Source of the DNA: a virus
Virus record (IMG/VR): IMGVR_UViG_3300045051_000365
Coordinates: 9,201 to 73,200 of that record
Length of the DNA stretch: 64,000 nt
Direction: 5' to 3' (one strand)
Part shown: positions 18,985-28,542 of the stretch, piece after piece
How the letters are laid out: each line of letters opens with the position of its first letter
Position numbering within the stretch: the first letter of the stretch is position 1
The notes under the pieces: generated by a model
What the model saw: the letters and a program-made list of their open reading frames with translations, nothing else
Told to the model about the DNA's origin: nothing
Databases searched by the model: none
Position numbers and translations under genes: made by a program

Positions 18985-19800
18985 ATGACAGCAACAATTC
19001 TTGACATTAAATTAACGCCTTTTCTAAAGTACACGGGCGGGAAAACCCGACTTCTCCCCGAACTGCTTCCCCGCGTTCCGGGGGGATTTACCCGCTTAAT
19101 TAGTCCTTTCTTCGGGGGCGGCGCGCTAGAGTTAGCTATCGCCCCGAAAAAAGCGATACTCGCCGACGCTAATCCCGAATTAATCAACGCCTTGCAAGTG
19201 ATTCGGGATTTCCCCTACACGCTGATCGAGTATCTATCCCATCACGCGTACAGCCCCGAATACTATCTAGATCTACGGGGCAAAAGAACGACCGATCCTG
19301 TTAAAAGAGCGTCCCGCTATATCTACCTAAGTAAGTGCGGATTTAACGGGGTACAGAGAACGAATAAAAAGGGAGAGAATAACGTCCCGTTCGGAAAACA
19401 CAAGAGTCGTCCCGATTGGGTTCAAAGAGACAAGATTCTCGCTATTTCTAGATACTTGAACAAAAACGAGATCGAGATCGCTAATTCCGATTTCGAGGCG
19501 ATTATCGATTGTTCTACGGAAGGGGATTTTCTCTATCTCGATCCCCCGTACCACGGAACCCATACCGCTTACGTCGCCGCGGGGTTCACAGAAAAAGATC
19601 AGATCCGACTTAAAGAAACGGTGAATCGGGCTAATAACCGCGGGTCTAAGTTCCTGCTATCGAGTTCCGATACGGATTTTATTCGCTCGCTCTGGCAGGA
19701 CTACAAAATCGAGGAGGTGACAGTAAGGCGATCGGTTTCCCGCGACGCGTCCACGCGGGGAGAGGTGACGGAATTGTTAATTAGTAATTATAGGATCTAG
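18985..19800 (+). CDS. dam: Dam-family (D12) N6-adenine DNA methyltransferase
   Basis: LKYTGGKT, PFFGGGA, DPPY. Confidence 0.9.
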   Translation: MTATILDIKLTPFLKYTGGKTRLLPELLPRVPGGFTRLISPFFGGGALELAIAPKKAILADANPELINALQVIRDFPYTLIEYLSHHAYSPEYYLDLRGKRTTDPVKRASRYIYLSKCGFNGVQRTNKKGENNVPFGKHKSRPDWVQRDKILAISRYLNKNEIEIANSDFEAIIDCSTEGDFLYLDPPYHGTHTAYVAAGFTEKDQIRLKETVNRANNRGSKFLLSSSDTDFIRSLWQDYKIEEVTVRRSVSRDASTRGEVTELLISNYRI

Positions 19801-19804
19801 TCTC

Positions 19805-20347
19805 ATGCCCGAACCCGTAAAACTTCCCCTAGAACAGAAATTTTTGCTGTATATCAAAGCCGAATTAATTTCACGAACAGACAATCACTTCCTTTTTAAA
19901 ATTCAACTTCCGCGCGCTATTGTTAGCGGCTTACAAAATCTCACGGGATGGAAATTTATCCGAGATTCCGATTTTACCGAGCCGATCGATATAGTTCGGG
20001 AACTAAAAGAACGGCGGTACGTTCCCGATCGCTGGCCGACTCGTGACGACCGACAGAAAGAGGTAGAAAACCCCGCGCTAATGCTGGCATTTTGGGAGCA
20101 ACAGAGTGATAAAGCGATCGAGATTTTCGACGTATTAACCCGTCACGGGGTAGCGATCGATGTCGCCCTTCCGGTCGTAGAACCCTATCTAATCGAAGAT
20201 TACATGGTTCGAGGGGCGATCTGGAACCTCGATAAAACCCCGCGGGCGATCGAGAATCCCCAATTTTATCCGCTATCCCGAGAACTCGCCGATCTTGTAG
20301 AGAAGATGGCGATCGAGTTAAAAAAAGCCGAGGTGAAAAATGGATAA
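19805..20347 (+). CDS. Degenerate ThyX-like protein
   Basis: F.IQLPR.I, RQ, L..HGVA.DVA..V spacing resembles ThyX, but the RHRxxS motif is absent. Confidence 0.4.
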   Translation: MPEPVKLPLEQKFLLYIKAELISRTDNHFLFKIQLPRAIVSGLQNLTGWKFIRDSDFTEPIDIVRELKERRYVPDRWPTRDDRQKEVENPALMLAFWEQQSDKAIEIFDVLTRHGVAIDVALPVVEPYLIEDYMVRGAIWNLDKTPRAIENPQFYPLSRELADLVEKMAIELKKAEVKNG

Positions 20348-20570
20348 ATCGACATTGAAAAACTTGAGGTTCGCCGCGTTCGATATTCTATGGCTCGGGT
20401 TCGCTTTCGGGTTAGGCGGGAGCAACGCGCTGGCGGAGCCAGAACGCTCTCGTAACGTGGTTTACGGGTCGGAATCGATCGCTCTCTCGCTTCTACAGGT
20501 CGTTTTCGTTCTCGTTCTGTTCACGTTTCTTTTGATTTTAAAGCCCCGATGGAAGGGAGGAGATCGATGA
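20340..20570 (+). CDS. Small two-TM membrane protein
   Basis: GAGGTG RBS; two hydrophobic segments. Confidence 0.55.
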   Translation: MDKSTLKNLRFAAFDILWLGFAFGLGGSNALAEPERSRNVVYGSESIALSLLQVVFVLVLFTFLLILKPRWKGGDR

Positions 20571-20650
20571 TTTATTTACCTCTTTCTATCGGGGCGATCG
20601 CCTACGTCCTCCTACTGTTTACGCTTCTTTTTCTATTGCAGAGACGATAA
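20567..20650 (+). CDS. 27-aa single-TM peptide (not in ORF track)
   Basis: MIYLPLSIGAIAYVLLLFTLLFLLQRR*; GGAGG RBS; ATGA overlap. Confidence 0.55.
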   Translation: MIYLPLSIGAIAYVLLLFTLLFLLQRR

Positions 20651-20652
20651 TC

Positions 20653-20994
20653 ATGCCGAAGCCAGCCGACAACACTTTGAGTATAAATCGATACCTCGGG
20701 AACCCCTGCCTACACGAACACCTATACGAGGATACGGGGAAAAGTCTAAGACGTAACAATGACGGGGCTTGTGTTATTTGTAGTCGGGAAAGAAATAGAA
20801 AATGGAAAGAAAAAAATCCGAACAGGAAAAACTACTACAATCCCGAACTTGTGGCGAATTTCCCGATCGTTATCAGCCGAAAACAGAAAGAACTGTTTAA
20901 AGCTAATTGTGACAGATTAGGACTAAAACAGACAAGGGTTGTCCGAGAATTAATTCGACAGTGGAACGAGGAACAAAGAAACAGCAAGTCATGA
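20653..20994 (+). CDS. Zn-finger plus RHH-like DNA-binding protein
   Basis: YLG.PC..EH...SLR...CVIC; C-terminal FK..C...G......VRELI..W. Confidence 0.55.
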   Translation: MPKPADNTLSINRYLGNPCLHEHLYEDTGKSLRRNNDGACVICSRERNRKWKEKNPNRKNYYNPELVANFPIVISRKQKELFKANCDRLGLKQTRVVRELIRQWNEEQRNSKS

Positions 20995-21260
20995 AAATCT
21001 CAAACAGAATGATCGACAAAGAAGAGGAAAGAATCCGCGGCAATTACGAACAGTGGAAAAAGCCGTTATTAGAAGGCAAAATCTATGTTCCCTGTTGCGA
21101 GAAGATCGACAGAAAGGGAATGAAAATCATTCTCTTAAAATACAACCTTGTAGACTACAAAATTCCCCCGCCCGAACACGGGTACATCGAACGCCGAAAG
21201 GCGATCGAGTACAACGGGGAAAGGATAATCGTTAACTTTTTTGAAGCTGTAAAATTATGA
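20991..21260 (+). CDS. Hypothetical protein
   Basis: ATGA coupling at both ends. Confidence 0.55.
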   Translation: MKISNRMIDKEEERIRGNYEQWKKPLLEGKIYVPCCEKIDRKGMKIILLKYNLVDYKIPPPEHGYIERRKAIEYNGERIIVNFFEAVKL

Positions 21261-22012
21261 CATCTACCAAAGAATTGCCACCTATCTTTCAAGGTTTTGT
21301 CGGGGAAATCAACGAGTGTTTCGAGGGAATCCGACAGATTAACAATCGATTGCGCCACGTTCTGCATGAATTCGAGGGAAACGGCGGATACCTCGCGATC
21401 GGGTACAAAACTTTTCGGGGATTCTCAAACGCGTATCTATCGCCCTATATGTTCCGGCGCGTCAAGGAAGAGAATTCGGCCCGGATGATCGAGATGATTA
21501 TATCTGTACCGATCGGGACGTACTCCTATAAGGCACTCGCCCCGCTATTGAACCGGGAACGCGTGATCGTCCTCGCCACGAAAGAGGCGCACGATAACGC
21601 GTCCGAAGTAGGACTCGCCTGTAATCTCGAACGGGCCGGGGAAATCCGATCGCTCTGGCAGAAAATCACGGCCGAGGCGGGAACCGATACCCCGACCCCG
21701 GCACAGATCAAATCTATAGCGAACCGCGTCGGTATCCGAAAACCCGATCCCGTCAAGTCCGATCTCCCGAAAGATGAATACCGGGAACTACTAGAGAAGT
21801 ACAACGTACTACAAGCCGAGAACCACGGGCTAAAACGACAGATCGAGAGACTTAAACCCGCGAGTTTAACGGAGAATATCATCGCCCGCCAGAGACAAGA
21901 GATCGAGAGATTAAAAGACGAGAAAGCGAGATTAGAGCGGAAAAATCAGGAATTAGTAAACAGCCTTCCGTTCGATCGACAACTCGCCGCGTCAGTATAT
22001 CAAGGAGAATAA
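21257..22012 (+). CDS. Hypothetical protein with C-terminal coiled coil
   Basis: 251-aa ORF in operon; GY...GYKTF motif. Confidence 0.65.
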   Translation: MTSTKELPPIFQGFVGEINECFEGIRQINNRLRHVLHEFEGNGGYLAIGYKTFRGFSNAYLSPYMFRRVKEENSARMIEMIISVPIGTYSYKALAPLLNRERVIVLATKEAHDNASEVGLACNLERAGEIRSLWQKITAEAGTDTPTPAQIKSIANRVGIRKPDPVKSDLPKDEYRELLEKYNVLQAENHGLKRQIERLKPASLTENIIARQRQEIERLKDEKARLERKNQELVNSLPFDRQLAASVYQGE

Positions 22013-22322
22013 TGACAGTAGAACATAGAAAAAGCGCGGAATGGCTAGAAGCCTACGGGAACACCCTATCCCCCTCGGGGAAAAGGTTTCCTACGTTATC
22101 GGGGAACTTTTTGACGGCATTTACCATCGGGGAAGTGCCGTATTACACGAGCGCGTCAAGTGGCAGAACGATCGAACGATCGAGATCGTTCTGCCAGATA
22201 TATTTTGTACCGGGCGACTCAAGAAACTCATAGAACTATCCGAGTCCGCGGGTATCGATCTCGCAATATCGGGCGCGTCGCCTAACTATCTCCGAATTAA
22301 ATTTTGGGAGAGAGAAATATAA
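22012..22322 (+). pseudogene. Frameshifted hypothetical gene (C5 run at 22070-22074)
   Basis: Coupled start 22012 (GGAG RBS, TAATG) is in a different frame from the 22041..22322 body; adding one C gives ...LSPLGEKVSYVIGELFDGIYH. Confidence 0.55.
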
Positions 22323-22344
22323 TTAACTACAAACATACTACAAA

Positions 22345-22668
22345 ATGAAAAGAATCTTGGAACTTCTATCGACAGGGCTATCTTTCGCCCTATTAATTAG
22401 CTCTCTGCCGTTCCTCGCGCTTTTCTGGATCGGACACGGGATCGTCGCGTTATCGGCTTTTATTCTGGAAGAGATCCTAGAGATAGCGACGGATCTACTG
22501 CCGAAGTACGATCGCCCGAGGAAACAGAAACTCACGAAAGATCCCGAGATCGAGAAAATGCTTTCCTGTAAATATTATTTCGAGGATCATTTACCGGGGG
22601 CAACTATCAAGTGCGCCGTTAATCCCTGTAGCTCGTGTCTCGATTGCACGACGGGAGAAAAACCATGA
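22345..22668 (+). CDS. Membrane protein with C-terminal Cys cluster
   Basis: Two hydrophobic helices; CKY..CAVNPC..C..C. Confidence 0.6.
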   Translation: MKRILELLSTGLSFALLISSLPFLALFWIGHGIVALSAFILEEILEIATDLLPKYDRPRKQKLTKDPEIEKMLSCKYYFEDHLPGATIKCAVNPCSSCLDCTTGEKP

Positions 22669-22937
22669 ACGAATTAGAACCGATCGCCGGGGTTTATTAT
22701 CTCGGGAGACTATGCAAGCGCGGCCACGAGTGGAGAGATTCGGGGCGATCGCTCCGAAGACAATCCTGCCACGGGTGTATCGAGTGCAACAGGAAACAGG
22801 CGAGAGAGTACCGAAAAACCCCGAGGGGAGAGGAGATACAGAAGCGGGCGATCGTCGCGTTCGTCTCCCGTAATCCTGACTACTATCGGACGTACTGTAA
22901 ATCCTATTACTGGCGTAAAATTAAAGCAGAGAATTAG
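22665..22937 (+). CDS. Zn-finger protein, paralog of 20653..20994
   Basis: YLGRLCKRGH...SLR...CIEC. Confidence 0.6.
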   Translation: MNELEPIAGVYYLGRLCKRGHEWRDSGRSLRRQSCHGCIECNRKQAREYRKTPRGEEIQKRAIVAFVSRNPDYYRTYCKSYYWRKIKAEN

Positions 22938-22960
22938 ATTTTCATCACTCCATTTGACCG

Positions 22961-22989
22961 AAATCCCCCGAGCGCTCGGGGGATTTTTG
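22961..22989. terminator. Bidirectional terminator
   Basis: AAATCCCCCGAG-CG-CTCGGGGGATTTTT. Confidence 0.75.
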
Positions 22990-23081
22990 TAGGTACACGA
23001 CAAAACCCCGCTTTCCCGAAAACTATAAAACGGGAAAACGGGGTCTGTAGGAATCGATCGGCAAGTTAGCCGGAGGTTTGA

Positions 23082-23873
23082 CTATTCTAGCGCGGGGCGG
23101 GATGTTTCGGGCAAGAGTTCACGATCCGCGAATCGGGGAGAGCGGGGGGCGAGAGGATTAAAACGAAAATACCCGATTACCGGTTCCTTGAAAAAATATT
23201 CGTGCCAACAATCCCCGAAAGTATATTCCCTGATTATTGTCGCGCGGCTCCAACCGCGTCCGTGTCCCCGAAAATGCAGACATATCGCCGGTATCAATTC
23301 TGACGCGACGATAACCGCCTCTTCGGGAGTTACCCTACGCTTTCCGAAAATCTCGCACAGTTTAATAGTCAATTCGATTTCCTGTCTCGCTAGACTTCCG
23401 GGGCGTTCGCCGGGGATCGGGGATTTTTCACCCGCGGGAATTCCGAGCGGGTATTTGTCGATCGGCCAATCCTCGGGTAGCCCGGCCGCGGCTAGTTGTT
23501 CTGAAGTAGTTAAGGGTTTTTCTATCCCGATCTTCGTCTCTCCCGTAGACATGAGGGTGAAGATATGGCGATCGCACCATATAGCAAAACCGGGAGAGAT
23601 CCATCGAGCGCAATTAATAGCAAGAGTCGGATGCGCCCAAGTTCCTCCCTCGATTCCCTCTTTGGTATCGATCGCCGATCGATAAACTCCCTCAGATCTG
23701 AGGGAGTTATCTAAAACCCTTACATAGTCTTGAGTTGATTTGAGTCTCAAAAAATTATCAACACGTTTCCCCCCGGCCGCACACATACTTGTCAGGTCAA
23801 TATACCCATCGGATTGACGGCGATTGATAATTTTGCCGTCATAGTCAAACCCGAAAACTGCTAAACTAGACAT
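23082..23873 (-). CDS. KilA-N domain protein
   Basis: DGYIDLTSMC..GKR..NFLRL, GTWAHP.LAI..ARWISP.FA.W. Confidence 0.9.
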   Translation of the reverse strand: MSSLAVFGFDYDGKIINRRQSDGYIDLTSMCAAGGKRVDNFLRLKSTQDYVRVLDNSLRSEGVYRSAIDTKEGIEGGTWAHPTLAINCARWISPGFAIWCDRHIFTLMSTGETKIGIEKPLTTSEQLAAAGLPEDWPIDKYPLGIPAGEKSPIPGERPGSLARQEIELTIKLCEIFGKRRVTPEEAVIVASELIPAICLHFRGHGRGWSRATIIREYTFGDCWHEYFFKEPVIGYFRFNPLAPRSPRFADRELLPETSRPALE

Positions 23874-23987
23874 AAGAATATTTTCTCTGGAAGGCTAGAC
23901 AACTTCCATCATAGCACCCCGCCAGATCCCCGAATCTAGGCGGGGTCTCTGTTTTGGGCGTTTCAGTCTGTTAGGGGCGTTGGACGA

Positions 23988-24624
23988 TGTTAAGAAACTG
24001 ATAACATCTCCGAACCCTCTCACCGCAAGCTTTTCGACGAAATGTTATGAATGTTCGCCCGATCTAGGAAAAAAGTAGGGACGGGAAAAAGCGGGGCGTG
24101 TTACATAAGTAGTATTTGTAATACATCGGACTCTACTATAGCGATCGCCGCGGGGGAGTTTACAAAACTTCACAATAAGACATCCCCGATCGGGTGTTGC
24201 GATGTCATGGGATGTTAGAGGGGTTCATAACACCCTGCAATTCTTTCCCCGTCTAGCTTGTAGAGATTTGTTATGAATGTTATGGCGATCTAGGGAAAAA
24301 GAGAGAGAGGGGATCGGGTAGAGCGGGGTCAACAGTGGAAACGTAGGGAATACGATCCGAGGATCGAGGTATAGGGAAAGTGATTAACATCAATAACAAA
24401 TTGATGAACTCTATATATATCAATACTTTTTCCCTGTTATAACAAACTCTAACGTCCCCTAACATCGATAACGTGGTTCCCCCGTACTATCCCCGTGATG
24501 GAGTGGCGAGGTCGTGAGGGAGAGATCGGGGGAAGATCGCTATACGGGAAAACGACATAACACACTAACAAAAAGTTAAAACTCTTTCTCTATCTATCTT
24601 TTCCCTGTTATAGACTCCCTAACA
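23988..24624. repeat. Four copies (2 forward, 2 reverse) of TGTTA-N8/9-ATAACA-N35/36-TGTTA..TGTT element
   Basis: Units 23988-24055, 24213-24282, 24385-24454(rev), 24558-24624(rev). Confidence 0.85.
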
Positions 24625-24946
24625 TCTCCCTAACGTCCCTAACATTTCCCCGTACCTCGCTCTATACCGGAATCAGCCGATCGGGTCTTCCCTCTAAAGA
24701 CCGATCTCGTGATAATAGAGGGGTAATTCATTGGAGGTAGAGTTTCCGAGAGATTGACAGAGTACGCGTGAAATTGAATTCTCTTCTTGTTCCTCGGGGG
24801 ATCGACCGACCCCCCGATTTGTTTATCCTCTCTACCTCGCTAAAAATCCCCCTAGAACGCTCTCTAGGGGGATGGATAGGGAATAAGTTGTCTAGTGGAT
24901 TCGGGACACTCTGACGCGTTCTAAAGTCCCGATCGTCCGATCGCTA

Positions 24947-25684
24947 TTAACGGGCGGTACGGTAGGTATTTACTTCCGGTATTAAATTTCGGAGGATAGC
25001 GGAATTAATTCGGATCGGCTTGCCGTCATCGGTTATTAGAACCCATCGCTGAAACCGTTGATGTAAAATCCGAATATCGGGAATCCGCTTGTGATCTCGC
25101 TCGTATTTGTCCATGTACTCGGCGATCGCGTCGATCAGCTTCGCTCGCTGAATAGCGTTAGCCGAATTGGAGTTGTACGCGCTGGCCGTAGGGATTGACG
25201 AGAATTGAGAGATCGATTCGCTCGGTTGTTTCGAGTCCAACGCGAAACGCTCTCGCTCTACATCGGTTTTCGTGGTTTCTAGCCGGAGTTTCGCTATCTC
25301 TAGCTCTATCTTTGCGTTTTCTAGTTCGATCTTCAGTTTTTCGGTTTCCGACAATTCCTGTCGCTGTCCGTATTCCCCGGTTTTCCGGATCGAGGGGAGG
25401 ACTTCCTCGAAAACCCAATCTTGGAACTTTTCCGCGGACGGTAACTTGGAAGAAAAAATTAGTTGATAGATACCGGGTTCCTCTAGAACCGTTATATCAC
25501 GGAGCTTTCCGTCAAGTGTCTGGGTTTTACAGACACTTTTGTTTTTCTCTTTAACAAGTCGGTAAACAGCATCGGCGGGATCTTTATATCCCAACACGCG
25601 AGCTACATCGTTAGCGACGGGGCGATCGCCGACAAAACGGATCTCTTCGTCTTGAAACTGAAACAGTACAATATTGTTAGCCAT
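24947..25684 (-). CDS. BRO-N domain (antirepressor-like) protein
   Basis: VANDVA.VLGY, E.GIYQLIFSSKLP.AEKFQDWV.EEVLPSIRKTG.Y. Confidence 0.9.
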   Translation of the reverse strand: MANNIVLFQFQDEEIRFVGDRPVANDVARVLGYKDPADAVYRLVKEKNKSVCKTQTLDGKLRDITVLEEPGIYQLIFSSKLPSAEKFQDWVFEEVLPSIRKTGEYGQRQELSETEKLKIELENAKIELEIAKLRLETTKTDVERERFALDSKQPSESISQFSSIPTASAYNSNSANAIQRAKLIDAIAEYMDKYERDHKRIPDIRILHQRFQRWVLITDDGKPIRINSAILRNLIPEVNTYRTAR

Positions 25685-25762
25685 TTTGACCTCTGTAGTA
25701 GGTTGACTTGGTGAGTCCCCCGCGGTTACGGGGGCATTTTATTATATTCCGAAAGTTTCTAT

Positions 25763-27346
25763 CTATCTCCCGTATCCCCTCGGCAATCCGCCCCTAAACT
25801 CGTTCACGGGGGTAGAGGATACAATCGGGGTCGCGGACTCCTCAGATCCCCCGAAAAATTCATTTTCAAGCGAGTAGAACGCGCCGGATAGAGAATCGAC
25901 AATATCGTTTACCGGCGGCGGTTTCTTGTTCCCGTCAAAACTCTGACACGCGTTCAAGAAACGGGTATTCCAGACAGCATCGCGGAGTAGATAGATCTGC
26001 CCTCTACTGGCCGCCGTGGCCGCGGGTATCGATCGGGTGAGTTTATCCCCTTGCGGTTTGATCGCCGCTACATCGTGATTCGGGTGATACTCGCGTATTA
26101 CATTGGTGATCGTGTTTTCCACGAATTTGCCGCTCGATCCGCCCTCCTCTTCCCACCGAACCGCGACGCTCTTGCCGTCTATCCCCGCGGTATTTTTCAA
26201 CATCAATTCAACCTCGCCGACTTTCTTCTGCTCGCATAGGTTATCGGCGACCACGTACACGAATTCCCGTACCTCTTTCCCGTCCGATAGTACGGACTTG
26301 ATACGCTCGTATTTATAGACGAGGGTTCCGGACGTGTAGCAGTGATAATCCTCCGCGTTCTCTTTCGCCGTGGCCGCCAGATCCCAAAAGCGAACTTTCC
26401 CGAGTAATTTCCAGTCCGCGGGGATATTATCGATAACGTGAAACCACGTCCGATCGAAGACGGAACCGTTTTCATACTTAATCTTCCAGTTGCCGTATAA
26501 AAGGCGTTCTCTCTCTACCGGGTGCAACGCTTCAAGGTTCGCGATATATTCGGGGTTAGTCTTTAGAAAAATCGGATTATCGTAGATCGTCGCGTTGATA
26601 AAGGTAAAGCTTTTCGGGCTAGACTTCGGGAATCGCGCGATCAGTTCGTCCTCGGTATCGCCCCAGACTAAAGACCCCCCCGATCGCACGAAGTAACGGA
26701 TTACCCCGCAACGATCCTCGATCGGGTATCCCGTTCTAGGGTCGATCCACCAATCGATCATTCCCGCGACCCACGAATCAGCGTCCGGGTTCATTGTTGC
26801 CCTAACTTTCGGCTTAATTCCTGACATCGATCGGTTACGGGATAGCAAATACCAGAACGCCTCGCCGTCATCGTCCCAATGAGTTAACTCATCCCAACAG
26901 ATTAAATTTACCTGCGCTCCCTGCCAAGCGAAAATATCTTTCCGATGCTGTAGATACCGGAAAGATATTTTCGCTCCCGATGGAAATTTCCAGTCGAACG
27001 GCTTTGTAATTAATTTTCCTCCTAGATCTCGGTAGATTAATTGTGATTCATCTGCTAGACCACCGGGGTTTGTTATCTGACTATAGGATATTCGGAAGAT
27101 CACCGCGTTAAAAAGCGGGTTATAGATAAACTCTTTTCGAGCGCAATAGGCGAGAAGATTTCTTGATTTTCCGGAGCCGGCCGCACCGCCGAAAAATACT
27201 ATATCCGCATCGGAATTAAAGAATATAGTTTGTTTTCCGGGTTGTGGCTCGGGATACCTGTAATCCGTCCTAGTCGAAAAGCGAGAGCTGTTTTCCTGTA
27301 CGCGATATAGGTTTTTGGGGCTGATTTTTTGTCTGTTTTTTAGCAT
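25763..27346 (-). CDS. terL: Terminase large subunit
   Basis: Walker A GGAAGSGKS, Walker B ICWDE, ATMNP, nuclease WDLA and DIVDSLSGA. Confidence 0.92.
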   Translation of the reverse strand: MLKNRQKISPKNLYRVQENSSRFSTRTDYRYPEPQPGKQTIFFNSDADIVFFGGAAGSGKSRNLLAYCARKEFIYNPLFNAVIFRISYSQITNPGGLADESQLIYRDLGGKLITKPFDWKFPSGAKISFRYLQHRKDIFAWQGAQVNLICWDELTHWDDDGEAFWYLLSRNRSMSGIKPKVRATMNPDADSWVAGMIDWWIDPRTGYPIEDRCGVIRYFVRSGGSLVWGDTEDELIARFPKSSPKSFTFINATIYDNPIFLKTNPEYIANLEALHPVERERLLYGNWKIKYENGSVFDRTWFHVIDNIPADWKLLGKVRFWDLAATAKENAEDYHCYTSGTLVYKYERIKSVLSDGKEVREFVYVVADNLCEQKKVGEVELMLKNTAGIDGKSVAVRWEEEGGSSGKFVENTITNVIREYHPNHDVAAIKPQGDKLTRSIPAATAASRGQIYLLRDAVWNTRFLNACQSFDGNKKPPPVNDIVDSLSGAFYSLENEFFGGSEESATPIVSSTPVNEFRGGLPRGYGR

Positions 27347-28082
27347 TGAACGTTAGCGATCGGGTTATTTTTGCTTTCTCTAGAACTTCTGGCTCGTGCA
27401 TCGCTTTAATAGCGTTCCAACAAACCTCGCCTTTTTTTCTTTTCCCATTATTCCCCGTTCTTTCGGCATAAGATGCAATTCCCCGTTCCCGCCTCGCTCT
27501 AGCGATCGTTCTTTTGCTTAAGCCAAATCTTTCCCCGATCTTATAATCTGGTTCGGTTCCGAGAAGATCGATAATTTCCTGACTCAATTCTATTTTATTC
27601 CATCCTCCCATCGGGGGCGGGATAGGTTTTTTTAGATTGCCACAAGGCGAAATTCCTCGGATCGTTCGCTGGTAGTTTACAGTTTTTGTCGAACATCCGA
27701 GTTTTTTCGCTAGTTTATTATCTGGCATTGTGCCTAGTAGATACTCGTATTCTTCCCATTCTAGGCTCGCGTTGTTTCCCGATCCCCCGTGTCCCGCGCT
27801 ACCCGTATTAGTCAGATCGAAATATTTCCCGTACTCGATCATCCATCGCTTTTCCGTCTCGATCGCTTTTTCTTTTTCTACCGCATCGATTTCGATAATT
27901 ATCGGACGATACCCTTTTTCCAGAATTTCTTTAATTTTTAATGCCTTTCGAGTATTTTTCTTTTTTCCGTCTCGAATATGATTATTCAGGCGATGCGTTA
28001 GTCTCATCGTGGTTCTACCCACGTAGAACGGGATACACTCGATCGGATCGATTAATATGTAAATTCGTGTTAAACTCTGCAT
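27270..28082 (-). CDS. Free-standing GIY-YIG homing endonuclease with tandem C-terminal HTH repeats
   Basis: IYILIDP..FYVGRT..RL..H..E; repeats LLGTMPD.KLAKKLG and LLGTEPD.KIGERFG. Confidence 0.8.
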   Translation of the reverse strand: MQSLTRIYILIDPIECIPFYVGRTTMRLTHRLNNHIRDGKKKNTRKALKIKEILEKGYRPIIIEIDAVEKEKAIETEKRWMIEYGKYFDLTNTGSAGHGGSGNNASLEWEEYEYLLGTMPDNKLAKKLGCSTKTVNYQRTIRGISPCGNLKKPIPPPMGGWNKIELSQEIIDLLGTEPDYKIGERFGLSKRTIARARRERGIASYAERTGNNGKRKKGEVCWNAIKAMHEPEVLEKAKITRSLTFNAKKQTKNQPQKPISRTGKQLSLFD

Positions 28083-28233
28083 GGTTGACCTACTCCCATA
28101 GGTTAACAAACAAACCGATGAGATCGTCACATCTCATCGGTTTAATTATAATTCAATTTCGGCGATAATTCTCGGTATTCGATTTGATCTTCGATCGGTT
28201 CTTAATCGACGCGCCGTTACGGATTATCACGAT

Positions 28234-28542
28234 CTATAACCAGTAAGTTTTCTCTTCTTTCTTGCCGTAGCGATCGACCTTGAATTTAATCGCGTCCTCT
28301 AGGGTATCGAATGTTGTTATTTCTTCCCACCGGACAAATTCCCACCATCCCCCGATCGTGAAAGTATCGCCCCCGCGGATAAAATCATCGATACATACAA
28401 TGACAGCGATCGGGAACATAAGAGAGTACCCGATCCGCTCGAATATATTTCTTTTCCGATAGAGAGTGAAAACTAATTTACCACCGCGATACTTGTCTTC
28501 TACACTCTCGATAACCTTGAACCTTCTATCGTGTTTCATCAT
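28234..28542 (-). CDS. Hypothetical protein
   Basis: Operon packing on minus strand. Confidence 0.5.
   Translation of the reverse strand: MMKHDRRFKVIESVEDKYRGGKLVFTLYRKRNIFERIGYSLMFPIAVIVCIDDFIRGGDTFTIGGWWEFVRWEEITTFDTLEDAIKFKVDRYGKKEEKTYWL

Noticed and set aside
23988-24624. CRISPR array or Tn7/CAST transposon ends for the TGTTA repeats
   Set aside because: Units are degenerate, inverted and not a tandem repeat-spacer series; no cas or transposase gene and no target-site duplication seen
25763-27346. Intein or intron in terL
   Set aside because: Continuous ORF of ordinary length with no splice motifs; the endonuclease is outside it
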